Positions 21,517 through 30,061 of a DNA stretch of 64,000 bases are shown here, one piece after another (position 1 is the first letter of the stretch; each line of letters opens with the position of its first letter). The notes below the pieces were generated by a model, which was not told where the DNA came from, did not search any database, and saw only the letters and a program-made list of their open reading frames with translations. This DNA comes from Verrucomicrobiota bacterium (lineage in GTDB: Bacteria > Verrucomicrobiota > Verrucomicrobiia > Opitutales > Coraliomargaritaceae), in the NCBI GenBank assembly GCA_039815375.1, contig JBCBZJ010000001.1:64001-128000 (forward strand). Reading direction: 5' to 3'. The position numbers and the translations under genes are program-made.

Positions 21517-21936
21517 TCAATCACCCAGCAGTGTGGTGAGTTGGAAAATCGGGAGGAACATTGAAAGAATCATAATGATCACAATTGCTGGTGGAATGTT
21601 GCCGATCACGACTACCGCGAAGATATGCTTTTGCTGATCGAGCACGTAGAGTCCCCAAATGGTTAGTGCCATCAGGCTCAAAATAGAAAGTTGTGTTGAG
21701 AGGAAATTGGATTTTATGAAGCTGGCTGAGTCGAAAAGAATTTGTGTGATCTTAGGCAATTTCGCGCCGAGATCCGCATACATTTCTTCAAAGGCAGTCA
21801 GGACGAAGAGCAAGAGGACGAGCCATATCAGATAGGAAAGGACAACGCTTACGCCGCTGATCCAGAACCATAACGATGGCCGGGTCTTGAGGGATGGCGG
21901 ACTGGGAGCGTTCTCATCCATATTCTGTTCGATCAT
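21517..21936 (-). CDS. Small membrane protein with GspF/PilC-like segments
   Basis: AFEEMYADLGAKLPKITQ and terminal LSMFLPIFQL match PilC/GspF patterns. Confidence 0.55.
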   Translation of the reverse strand: MIEQNMDENAPSPPSLKTRPSLWFWISGVSVVLSYLIWLVLLLFVLTAFEEMYADLGAKLPKITQILFDSASFIKSNFLSTQLSILSLMALTIWGLYVLDQQKHIFAVVVIGNIPPAIVIIMILSMFLPIFQLTTLLGD

Positions 21937-21956
21937 CTGTATGAATCAGTCGCTGT

Positions 21957-22817
21957 CTAGGGCTGATTCGGGTTGATTGAGTAGGAGCCATTCGACCGAA
22001 TGTAGAAAATGCTTTCTTGCTCGGTATGAGAATCGATTTGATGGGTCGCATCACCCGATGAGCTGAGGTAGCTGCCCGGATCTAAAGTCACTGTCTCTTC
22101 CCCGTGATATTCCGGCTCACCGGAGATCGTTACGAGACGAAAGGTTGAGCCGGTGCTTTCGATCAAGCCGCTGAAGCCAGCTGGTAGCTTGATAAAGGTT
22201 CCGTAGTCAGAACCACCTTCGGGATTGCCCCAAAGGTAGGCAATTTTGGGTCCATCCGCTTCAATGGGTAAGCCCGGTGGCGTCACCCAAACGATGTTGG
22301 AGGTATGGACGTTGACGGGCCGCTCGCCGCTATCGAAGGCCTCCGCAGGTGGCATCACAAGGTAGGGGCCGGTGTCGATCTCGACGAGTGCGATCACCGG
22401 CTCTCCCTTGGCTGAGGTGATATGCACTTCGCCCTTGGGTTGTGTCCAAAAAGATCCCGGCGACATCCACATGTGCGCGGCGTCGGGATCGTCATTGTGG
22501 ACGAGGCCGCTAATGACTACGGCACGATAGGTGACATTGTGAATGTGCGGTGGCGAAGAAAATCCATCCACGAATTTTGCGAGGAATCCTGTGGGGACGA
22601 GCCCATCGCTGCAAAAGGGGCAGACGGCCCAATCGCCATTTTCAGGTTCAAAGGCAGCCTTGCGATCGCCCCAGAGTGTCCCGGCCTGCGGACTCTGGTC
22701 GCCACGAGCCGGATTGAGCTTCTCCCAGTCGACGTCCGATACCTGAAGGATCGTCGTCTCGGCAACGAGAGCGACAGATGAAAAGGCGAACGCGGCGAGC
22801 AAAACTGTCTTTTTCAT
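21957..22817 (-). CDS. DUF4437 (cupin-like) exported protein
   Basis: Signal peptide; [36 protein letters not shown]. Confidence 0.8.
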   Translation of the reverse strand: MKKTVLLAAFAFSSVALVAETTILQVSDVDWEKLNPARGDQSPQAGTLWGDRKAAFEPENGDWAVCPFCSDGLVPTGFLAKFVDGFSSPPHIHNVTYRAVVISGLVHNDDPDAAHMWMSPGSFWTQPKGEVHITSAKGEPVIALVEIDTGPYLVMPPAEAFDSGERPVNVHTSNIVWVTPPGLPIEADGPKIAYLWGNPEGGSDYGTFIKLPAGFSGLIESTGSTFRLVTISGEPEYHGEETVTLDPGSYLSSSGDATHQIDSHTEQESIFYIRSNGSYSINPNQP

Positions 22818-22870
22818 AGTTTCGGTGTACCCACGTTGGAGACCTCGAACAAGCGCTCTTGTTCAAAGAC

Positions 22871-23146
22871 TTAGCTCAGAGTTTGATAAATGAGCCAGCT
22901 CCAAGCAACTATGCTTATTGTTAGGACGAGACCGAGCTTAAGCAGATAAGAAGGCTTCTTCGATTTATGGCGGACTGTTATGACGCCAAAGATCGCGCCG
23001 AGCGGCCCTAAAAACGACGCGATCAAAAGATGCATCTCCGAAATGCGACGCTTCCTCCGTTTCGCCAACCACTTGTCGATCATATAGAGCATCAAGGTTA
23101 AAATGCTCAGCATGAGCAGCAAAGCGATGAGCTGATTCGTCATCAT
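22871..23146 (-). CDS. DUF1294 membrane protein
   Basis: Y.IDK..A....RRISE..L, GPLGA, RHKSKK; start at MMTNQ. Confidence 0.85.
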   Translation of the reverse strand: MMTNQLIALLLMLSILTLMLYMIDKWLAKRRKRRISEMHLLIASFLGPLGAIFGVITVRHKSKKPSYLLKLGLVLTISIVAWSWLIYQTLS

Positions 23147-23195
23147 ACAATAAGTGATTATGTCATTTTGAGAGACCATTCCGGTAGCGGGCAAG

Positions 23196-23222
23196 AAAAA
23201 GCCCGTTCGTGCGAACGGGCTT
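23196..23222 (-). terminator. Rho-independent terminator of glyQS
   Basis: Minus strand aagcccgttcg-ca-cgaacgggc-ttttt. Confidence 0.85.
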
Positions 23223-23246
23223 GAAAGGTTTGAACTGCTGATTGAC

Positions 23247-24788
23247 TTAACCGTCGATCTGTTCTTCGAGGAACTTGATGAGTTCTTCTTCGGTGACGCG
23301 GCGTTGTTCGGTTGAGTCACGGTCGCGGAGTGTGACGGTGCCGTCTTTTTCGATCGTGTCGAAGTCGATGGTGATGCCGAAGGGTGTGCCGATTTCGTCC
23401 TGTCGGCGGTAGCGCCGGCCGATCGCGCCGGAGGCATCATAGAAAACGTTCCAACGCTTCTGTAGCTTGCGGTAGAGCGCGTCGGCTCGCTCCACGAGCT
23501 CGGGTTTGTTTTTCAGTAGCGGGAAGATGGCTGCCTTGTAGGGTGCGATCCTCGGGCTGAACTTGAGCAGGGTGCGCTTCTCGGCCTTGCCCTTGTCGTT
23601 GGGCACTTCGTCTTCGGTATAGGCGGCGGTAAGCACGGCGAGCAGGGTGCGGTCGACACCGAGGGACGGTTCGATGACGTGGGGCACATATTTGCTCTTG
23701 GTTGCTTCGTCGAAGATCTCCATGGATTTGCCGGAGTGCTCCTGATGCTGCTTCAGGTCGTAGTCGGAGCGGCAGGCGATGCCCCAAAGTTCCTGCTCTC
23801 CGTGTGGGAAATGGAACATGAGATCGGTAGTGGCCTGCGAGTAGAAGGCGAGCTTGTCCTCGGGGTGGATGTCCTCGGTGATGGACTCGCGCGGCAGGCC
23901 GATGGAGACGAGCCAATCGATGCACTGGTCGAGCCATTCGCGGTGGAGTTGCTTCCAGTCGGCTTCAGGCGCGATGAAATATTCGATTTCCATTTGCTCG
24001 AACTCACGCGACCGGAAGATGAAATTACGCGGCGTGATCTCATTGCGGAAGGCTTTACCGATCTGGGCGATACCGAAAGGAATCTTCACGCGACCGGTGT
24101 CGACCACGTTCTTGTAGTTGGCAAAGATACCCTGAGCGGTTTCGGGGCGAAGGTAAGCGGCTGCAGAGTCGTCGGCGAGTGGGCCGACCTTGGTCTCGAA
24201 CATGAGCTTGAACTCGCGTGGTGCGGTTAGTGTGCCGACTTCGGTAGCGTCGGGGCCGAGTGTCTTTTCGCGAGAAGCGTCGTCGGACTCGGTAAATTCG
24301 ATGGCATCGCTGACCAGCTTCTCTTCGTCGAGCTTAGACTGCTTTTTGCCCATAGAGTCGCGGAGTTTTTTGGCCTGCTTTGTGATCGCCGAGCTATCGG
24401 CACCTTCTACAAAGGCGACATAGCCGCAGTCCTCACCGTCGAGGATGACGGGTGCGTAGAAAAGCTGGTCCGCTCGGTAGCGGAGCTTGGACTCTTTACA
24501 GTCGACCATCGGGTCGGAGAAGCCATCGACGTGGCCGGAAGCCTTCCAGATCGCCGGGTGCATGATGATGCTGGAGTCGAGGCCTTCGATATCGTCACGG
24601 CGGTGCACAAAGTCGCGCCACCAGGCCTGCTTGATATTATTGCGCAGCTCCACACCGAGTGGGCCGTAGTCGAAGAAGCCGTTGTAGCCACCGTAGATTT
24701 CGGAGGAGGGGAAGATGAAACCGCGGCGCTTACAGAGGCCGACGAGTTCGTCCATGAGGCTTTCGTTGGATGCAGTGGGAGCTGTCAT
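23247..24788 (-). CDS. glyQS: Glycine--tRNA ligase (homodimeric alpha2 type)
   Basis: [61 protein letters not shown]. Confidence 0.97.
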   Translation of the reverse strand: MTAPTASNESLMDELVGLCKRRGFIFPSSEIYGGYNGFFDYGPLGVELRNNIKQAWWRDFVHRRDDIEGLDSSIIMHPAIWKASGHVDGFSDPMVDCKESKLRYRADQLFYAPVILDGEDCGYVAFVEGADSSAITKQAKKLRDSMGKKQSKLDEEKLVSDAIEFTESDDASREKTLGPDATEVGTLTAPREFKLMFETKVGPLADDSAAAYLRPETAQGIFANYKNVVDTGRVKIPFGIAQIGKAFRNEITPRNFIFRSREFEQMEIEYFIAPEADWKQLHREWLDQCIDWLVSIGLPRESITEDIHPEDKLAFYSQATTDLMFHFPHGEQELWGIACRSDYDLKQHQEHSGKSMEIFDEATKSKYVPHVIEPSLGVDRTLLAVLTAAYTEDEVPNDKGKAEKRTLLKFSPRIAPYKAAIFPLLKNKPELVERADALYRKLQKRWNVFYDASGAIGRRYRRQDEIGTPFGITIDFDTIEKDGTVTLRDRDSTEQRRVTEEELIKFLEEQIDG

Positions 24789-24921
24789 AAGGCGCGGAAG
24801 GATGAGCTTTGCCTATTCGGGGTCAAGATCGGAGGCGGGCCAAGCTCATGACAATATCCTGACAATCCTTTTACGCCGCGATGACGACTTCCGGTGGCCA
24901 GTCAGGTATGATGCTGCCGAA

Positions 24922-25287
24922 ATGAAAAGGATACGCGCGCTTCACCTCTATCTTGGCTGCTTCTTTGCACCGCTGCTTTCATTTTTCTGCATTTCCGGGA
25001 TTTGGCAGATGTTCTCCCTACACCGGGGAGCCGAAAGTCCGAAAGCTCTCGCGGTATTATCGACATTGCACACGACGATGGGGCTCAAGTCTGGAGATAA
25101 TCTGAGCTACTGGTTCACCGATTTTATGACCATTGCGATGAGCCTGGCGCTTCTACTGACGATAGCACTGGGCGTCTATATCGGGTTCAAATCGGCAAAT
25201 CGAGTGAAGGCACTTTATGCCTTATCGCTGGGCATTCTGATCCCCGTGGTTGCGATCTCCATATCCTATTTTGCTGTTGGCCAGTGA
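24922..25287 (+). CDS. Small membrane protein, PepSY-associated-TM-like
   Basis: R.LHLYLG.F.AP....F.ISG and LH motifs; 3 TM segments; ATG at 24922. Confidence 0.6.
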   Translation: MKRIRALHLYLGCFFAPLLSFFCISGIWQMFSLHRGAESPKALAVLSTLHTTMGLKSGDNLSYWFTDFMTIAMSLALLLTIALGVYIGFKSANRVKALYALSLGILIPVVAISISYFAVGQ

Positions 25288-25321
25288 TGAGTCCGCATCT
25301 CTCAACCTAAAAAACGAACTT

Positions 25322-25897
25322 ATGATGAAACAGAACTCTCTTTATTTTTTGTGCTTCCTATCGCTCGCTTCTGTCATCCACGGAGTGGAGCCAGTCGAGG
25401 AGAGTGGACAACTTCCTGAGTTTGGAGATCATGAGTTGGAAATTTTCCAGATCGTCGGACAACTCGGTCTCTATGTTTGGCCTGCGATTGGAGACACCAC
25501 CAACATGGACAAGCTCTCTCTTGGCCAATTGGAGGAATTCCTAACCTTCGCAGTGAATCGCAAGAAGGAAGACTTATTCGGTATCGATGAAATAGGAATA
25601 CTTCACGATATCACAAATCCAACTGTTATCGTCGATTCACGAAGAAGGTCTGGCTTATCGGATGTATCTGAAATCAACAAATACGTCGTTCGAGCCGATG
25701 CTTTGCTTCCAGAATATGAAGTCGAAATCCACGTTCGTGAAGTCATACGCAGCGACGGTCAGCAGAGCTACCTGGTCTACGTGATTCAGAAGATGAATGG
25801 CCTATTTGAGAACCTCATCGTTCTTGGTGGCCGGGGGCAGGGTGAAGGCTACAGGCGTAACATGAACAATTGGTCCGGGGCCGATCCGCAAAAATAA
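25322..25897 (+). CDS. Hypothetical exported protein
   Basis: Signal peptide MMKQNSLYFLCFLSLASVIHG; no recognised family. Confidence 0.55.
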   Translation: MMKQNSLYFLCFLSLASVIHGVEPVEESGQLPEFGDHELEIFQIVGQLGLYVWPAIGDTTNMDKLSLGQLEEFLTFAVNRKKEDLFGIDEIGILHDITNPTVIVDSRRRSGLSDVSEINKYVVRADALLPEYEVEIHVREVIRSDGQQSYLVYVIQKMNGLFENLIVLGGRGQGEGYRRNMNNWSGADPQK

Positions 25898-25977
25898 GAT
25901 CAGACATTTACAAGCACAGGTCAGCGCTAAGCACTCATTTTTAACTAAAAGAACCAGAACATGAACCAAATATAACT

Positions 25978-26643
25978 ATGAAATACACGACACTCATTCT
26001 TCTTCTTATAGCTCCATTGGTTTCCTTCGCAGAGGCTAAATCCGGCAAGGTGAAAAGCGCAGAACCGACTCTCAACGAGTGGGTTGTAACATCTCGGTTA
26101 GTAATGCCGGCAAAGGTCAGCTTCGATGACTTCAAAACACTTGTTACTGAGGTCGAACCGCATCGCCAGAAAAGGTTGATAGATCTGGATACGTTCCTCG
26201 AGATGAGCAAAGAGCCGGACGTCATCGTTCTGGATTCGCGCTCAGCATTTCGCTACGAACGCATCCATCTGAAAGGTGCGAAGCATTTAGCCTTTGCCGA
26301 TTTTACGCAGAATAATCTGGCTCAGTTGATTCCGAATCCGGACACGAAGATTTTGATCTATTGTAATAATAACTTCGCTGGCAACCAGATGGACTTCGCA
26401 TCGAAGGTCGCGCGGCTGCCTACTGCCGAATCTATGGCGGGCACGGAGTTTGCCGTGCAGGAGAAGCCAATCATGATGGCGCTGAATATTCCCACCTACA
26501 TCAACCTGTATGGCTATGGCTACCGCAATGTGTATGAGCTTAACGAGCTGGTGGATGTGAATGACTCCCGGGTTACTTTCGAGGGCACGACGACCCTGCC
26601 TGTGTCACTTTCGTCGCTGCCGTTACCATCCGCGTTGAAGTGA
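25978..26643 (+). CDS. Exported rhodanese-like domain protein
   Basis: Signal peptide; VLDSRS...Y...HLKGA, ILIYCNNN, GY.NVYEL. Confidence 0.85.
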   Translation: MKYTTLILLLIAPLVSFAEAKSGKVKSAEPTLNEWVVTSRLVMPAKVSFDDFKTLVTEVEPHRQKRLIDLDTFLEMSKEPDVIVLDSRSAFRYERIHLKGAKHLAFADFTQNNLAQLIPNPDTKILIYCNNNFAGNQMDFASKVARLPTAESMAGTEFAVQEKPIMMALNIPTYINLYGYGYRNVYELNELVDVNDSRVTFEGTTTLPVSLSSLPLPSALK

Positions 26644-26702
26644 AATTGGTGGATGGAGCTTCTTGTTTGGAATCGGCAGCGACTGCTACTTTCTCTAGAA
26701 TT

Positions 26703-27137
26703 ATGAAGAAAATACGATTTGCGATTTTCCTCGCACTTTTTCCGGCCTGTCTCTTTGGCGGAGGGCCCAGTGCGGAAGTAACCGCTCAAGTCAATGCTGT
26801 CGAAGTTGGGGAGGACTTCATTACTTTTGCACTTTATGGAGAAGCCCGTCTGTTCGTTTCAAAAACAAGAGAGGAACGGAGACTAAGCATGGACGGTGGT
26901 AATGCGAAATGGGTTTCTTTGAGATTTGAAAATCGTTTTCTAGTTATCCGCAGGCCTGTCGATCCCGTTCCCGGATTCTCAAGAGATTGGGAAGATCAGA
27001 AGGCGAAAGCGTTTGAGCTTAAAGGAAAGAAAGCATTCTTCCAACTTTGGGGGACCAAGTCTACCGTCGAGAATTCCATGCTTGACCGGATTGATGCGGA
27101 GGGTGCGAGTTTTAGAGGGGCGGTAGAAGGGGATTAG
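26703..27137 (+). CDS. Hypothetical exported protein
   Basis: Signal-like MKKIRFAIFLALFPACLFG; ATG at 26703. Confidence 0.55.
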   Translation: MKKIRFAIFLALFPACLFGGGPSAEVTAQVNAVEVGEDFITFALYGEARLFVSKTREERRLSMDGGNAKWVSLRFENRFLVIRRPVDPVPGFSRDWEDQKAKAFELKGKKAFFQLWGTKSTVENSMLDRIDAEGASFRGAVEGD

Positions 27138-27204
27138 TTCTCCTTAGTTTTGGACCTAATTTTTCATTCTAGCTTCTGATTATTTTTTCCGCAACGATTC
27201 GTCC

Positions 27205-29061
27205 ATGCGCGTTCGCCCCGTAATATTTGCCTGGTGGTTGCTTCTAGCGGCCACGGTGTTGATGGCTGCGGCGGCCTGGTGGCTGCTTGGTCGGGAGGCG
27301 GACCGTGTCGAATCACTTGCTGCGGGCACGTTGGCCAACCGAACGGCGACGGTTGCCGATAGCATTGATCTTCTTATGGAGGAGGTGCGCGGTGGGGTCG
27401 CGGATGGTTTGCTCTCGGTCCGGGATGTGCGAGAGCCGCGCTTTGCTCTGGCTGAGATGGTGGAAAGCAATCCTTACGTCTCGGTGGGTTATTATTTCAG
27501 GGGGGGCGATTCAGTTACGGTATGGCTTGGCAAACAGGGTGAGCTGCCACGCCCTGGGGCGATTCTTCAGGCAGGAGCGTCTGGCGCGATTGAATATCCG
27601 TGGACACTGCCTGAGTTCAGTACCAATGACTCCGAAGCGTTCGCTCAAACTTTCACAGCAGACCTTGAGTCACAGAGCCTTGCCCAGTCGAAGGCACCTA
27701 GTGATGCGTACGACTATTTTTCTGAGAACACCGGAGTCGAGGACGATCCGGCAGATTTCTACAGCAGCAAACAGGGCGCGCAACTAGCACAGCAGCAGAT
27801 CTTGATTACAAAGAACGTAGCCTTGAAACAGCAGCGGGACAGGGTGCGGCAGGTCAATACGGATAATCTTCAAATCGAAGGGCAGCTCACTCCGGACGGA
27901 AGCCAGGTGAGTGTAACTCAGTCAATGTCCGGTGTATTGAAAAATCCACTACGCCGCGGGTGGATAAGCTACGATTTGGATGATGAGGAACAGTGGATGG
28001 CCTGGACGAATGTGCCTGATGGGGGCGACGACTATATCGGTGTCTGGCTGGATCGTGAGGTTGTCGTCGCAGAACTCTCCAAGGCGATTAATCTGTCCCA
28101 ACAGGACGGTATGCGCTTCCGTTTGGTCGATCCGGAGGGACGTATTGTGGGCGAAGATTACTCGCCGCTATACAAGAGTGCGGTCAGCATACCGGAACTG
28201 ACTTTGGCGGTAGGCAGTGCTTTACCTCTGTGGCACATCGAAACTTTCCGTGCGAATGGCGCGAATACATTTGGGGCAAGTTTTCGCTATGTCGGTGGGC
28301 TCTTCATCGGAGGGCTCAGTGCGACGATTCTGATCGGTTCAGCAGTCTTGATTTGGCAGGCTCAGCGCGATGCGCGTGATGCGCAGCAGAAGACAACGTT
28401 TGTCGCCAATGTATCGCATGAGTTGAAGACGCCGCTGACTAGTATCCGACTATTTGCCGACATGCTCTATGATGGCCGCGTGAAAGACAGCGATAAACAG
28501 CGGGAGTATCTGCAGAGGATGATCAATGAAACGCAGCGGCTCGGGCGACTTGTGAACAACGTTCTGGATTTTAGCCGTCTGGAACGCGGGCAGCGGAGGC
28601 TTAAGTCCGAGGAGATCGATTTGGGGCAGACGGTTGAGGAGATCATTAATTCTCAAAGTGAGCGTCTCAGTTTAGAAGGCCTCAATGTAAGCTATGTTGC
28701 ACCGGAGTCAGCCTGTCGCGCGAAGGTGGATCGCGACGCACTGGAGCAAGTCTTACTTAACTTGCTCGACAATGCTGCGAAGTATGCTGCCTCCGGTGAG
28801 CGTGCTGAAGTGGTGCTGCGAACCGATACCGGAGGATGGAGCTTGCAAGTGAATGACTTCGGTCCGGGTATCTTTGCTTCGGAGCGTAAGCATGTCTTTG
28901 CACCGTTCCACCGTTCGGATGACCGTCTGACTTCGGAGCGTCCGGGATGTGGTCTCGGTCTCAGTATCGCGGCTCGTCTTGCTGAAGAAATAGGAGGTTC
29001 GCTGGTGCTCGAAGACAATGTGCCGAATGGCTGCTCCTTCATCCTGAGAGTGCCCGCTTAA
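27205..29061 (+). CDS. Membrane sensor histidine kinase
   Basis: Two TMs, H-box VSHELKTPL, N-box NLLDNAAKY, D.GPG, GCGLGL. Confidence 0.95.
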   Translation: MRVRPVIFAWWLLLAATVLMAAAAWWLLGREADRVESLAAGTLANRTATVADSIDLLMEEVRGGVADGLLSVRDVREPRFALAEMVESNPYVSVGYYFRGGDSVTVWLGKQGELPRPGAILQAGASGAIEYPWTLPEFSTNDSEAFAQTFTADLESQSLAQSKAPSDAYDYFSENTGVEDDPADFYSSKQGAQLAQQQILITKNVALKQQRDRVRQVNTDNLQIEGQLTPDGSQVSVTQSMSGVLKNPLRRGWISYDLDDEEQWMAWTNVPDGGDDYIGVWLDREVVVAELSKAINLSQQDGMRFRLVDPEGRIVGEDYSPLYKSAVSIPELTLAVGSALPLWHIETFRANGANTFGASFRYVGGLFIGGLSATILIGSAVLIWQAQRDARDAQQKTTFVANVSHELKTPLTSIRLFADMLYDGRVKDSDKQREYLQRMINETQRLGRLVNNVLDFSRLERGQRRLKSEEIDLGQTVEEIINSQSERLSLEGLNVSYVAPESACRAKVDRDALEQVLLNLLDNAAKYAASGERAEVVLRTDTGGWSLQVNDFGPGIFASERKHVFAPFHRSDDRLTSERPGCGLGLSIAARLAEEIGGSLVLEDNVPNGCSFILRVPA

Positions 29062-29067
29062 TTTTTT

Positions 29068-29769
29068 ATGGTCGATACAAAGCACATTCTAATTGCGGAA
29101 GATGATCCGAGCATTCGACTCGTTCTGGTTGATATACTGGAAGGCGAGGGCTACCGAGTAGCCGTTGTGGAAAATGGCGCGCGAGCGCTCGAATTATTTC
29201 AGTCCGAAGCTCTAGATCTTGCGATTCTGGATATCATGATGCCGAAGTTAAGTGGCTATGACGTATGTCGTGCGATCCGGAAAGAGAATGGCTCGATCCC
29301 TGTGTTAATGCTTAGTGCAAAGAGCGAGGAAATCGATAAAGTGCTCGGGCTCGAATTGGGTGCGGACGATTACATTACGAAGCCTTTTGGTGTGCGTGAG
29401 CTGTTAGCTCGGGTGAGTGCTGCTTTTCGCCGAGTCGAGTCCAGTGCTCCGGTGAAGGCGCGTGATACGGCGGTCCGATTTGGTGCAATCGAGCTCGATC
29501 GCGCACGGCGGCAGCTCATTGATGACGGACGTGAGATCACGCTGACGCATACGGAGTATCGATTGCTCATCGCCTTCGTGGAGCAGCCGGATCGCGCTCT
29601 GAGTCGTGACGAATTACTGAATGCAGCATGGGGCATCGACTACCAGGGCACAACGCGCACGCTCGACCAACACGTTTCACAGCTGCGCCATAAGATTGAG
29701 ACGGATCCATCCCAGCCACGTTTTATACTGACTGTGCATGGCTATGGATATCGCTATTGTCCTGAATGA
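29068..29769 (+). CDS. OmpR-family response regulator
   Basis: AEDD, LDIMMP, GADDYITKPF, wHTH RTLDQHV..LR.K, TVHGYGY. Confidence 0.96.
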   Translation: MVDTKHILIAEDDPSIRLVLVDILEGEGYRVAVVENGARALELFQSEALDLAILDIMMPKLSGYDVCRAIRKENGSIPVLMLSAKSEEIDKVLGLELGADDYITKPFGVRELLARVSAAFRRVESSAPVKARDTAVRFGAIELDRARRQLIDDGREITLTHTEYRLLIAFVEQPDRALSRDELLNAAWGIDYQGTTRTLDQHVSQLRHKIETDPSQPRFILTVHGYGYRYCPE

Positions 29770-29890
29770 ATTGGTTGAGGCTCAAAGGTGCATGTATCGG
29801 CACGAAGTATATTGCTCCTTGTCCTAATCGTTGTCGTCATCCTAGTCGTAAATCTGGATTAACATTGATTCGAAACGAGTTTGACGCAGC

Positions 29891-29944
29891 ACCACCCCGA
29901 CCGGTCAAGCCGGTCACCCCTCCCCTTGTCGGATGGGAGGGGTT
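29891..29944. repeat. Double-hairpin REP-like palindromic element
   Basis: gaccgg-tcaag-ccggtc directly followed by acccctccc...gggaggggt. Confidence 0.55.
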
Positions 29945-30061
29945 TAAGAGGAAAACGATGAACTTAAATCGAAATGGTATAAGACTAAGAACCGTATGGC
30001 ACCGGGTAAAACCACACCCTGCTTTATCGCGGTGCGGACAAAGGTTTGACTCTCCTCGCGT

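Noticed and set aside
22847..22864. gaacaag-cgct-cttgttc palindrome as a LexA box
   Set aside because: Spacing fits neither GAAC-N4-GTTC nor TGTTC-N4-GAACA, the arms are short, and the downstream gene is not a repair gene.
24922..27137. Integron cassette array
   Set aside because: No repeated attC-like RYYYAAC...GTTRRRY palindromes recognised and no integrase.
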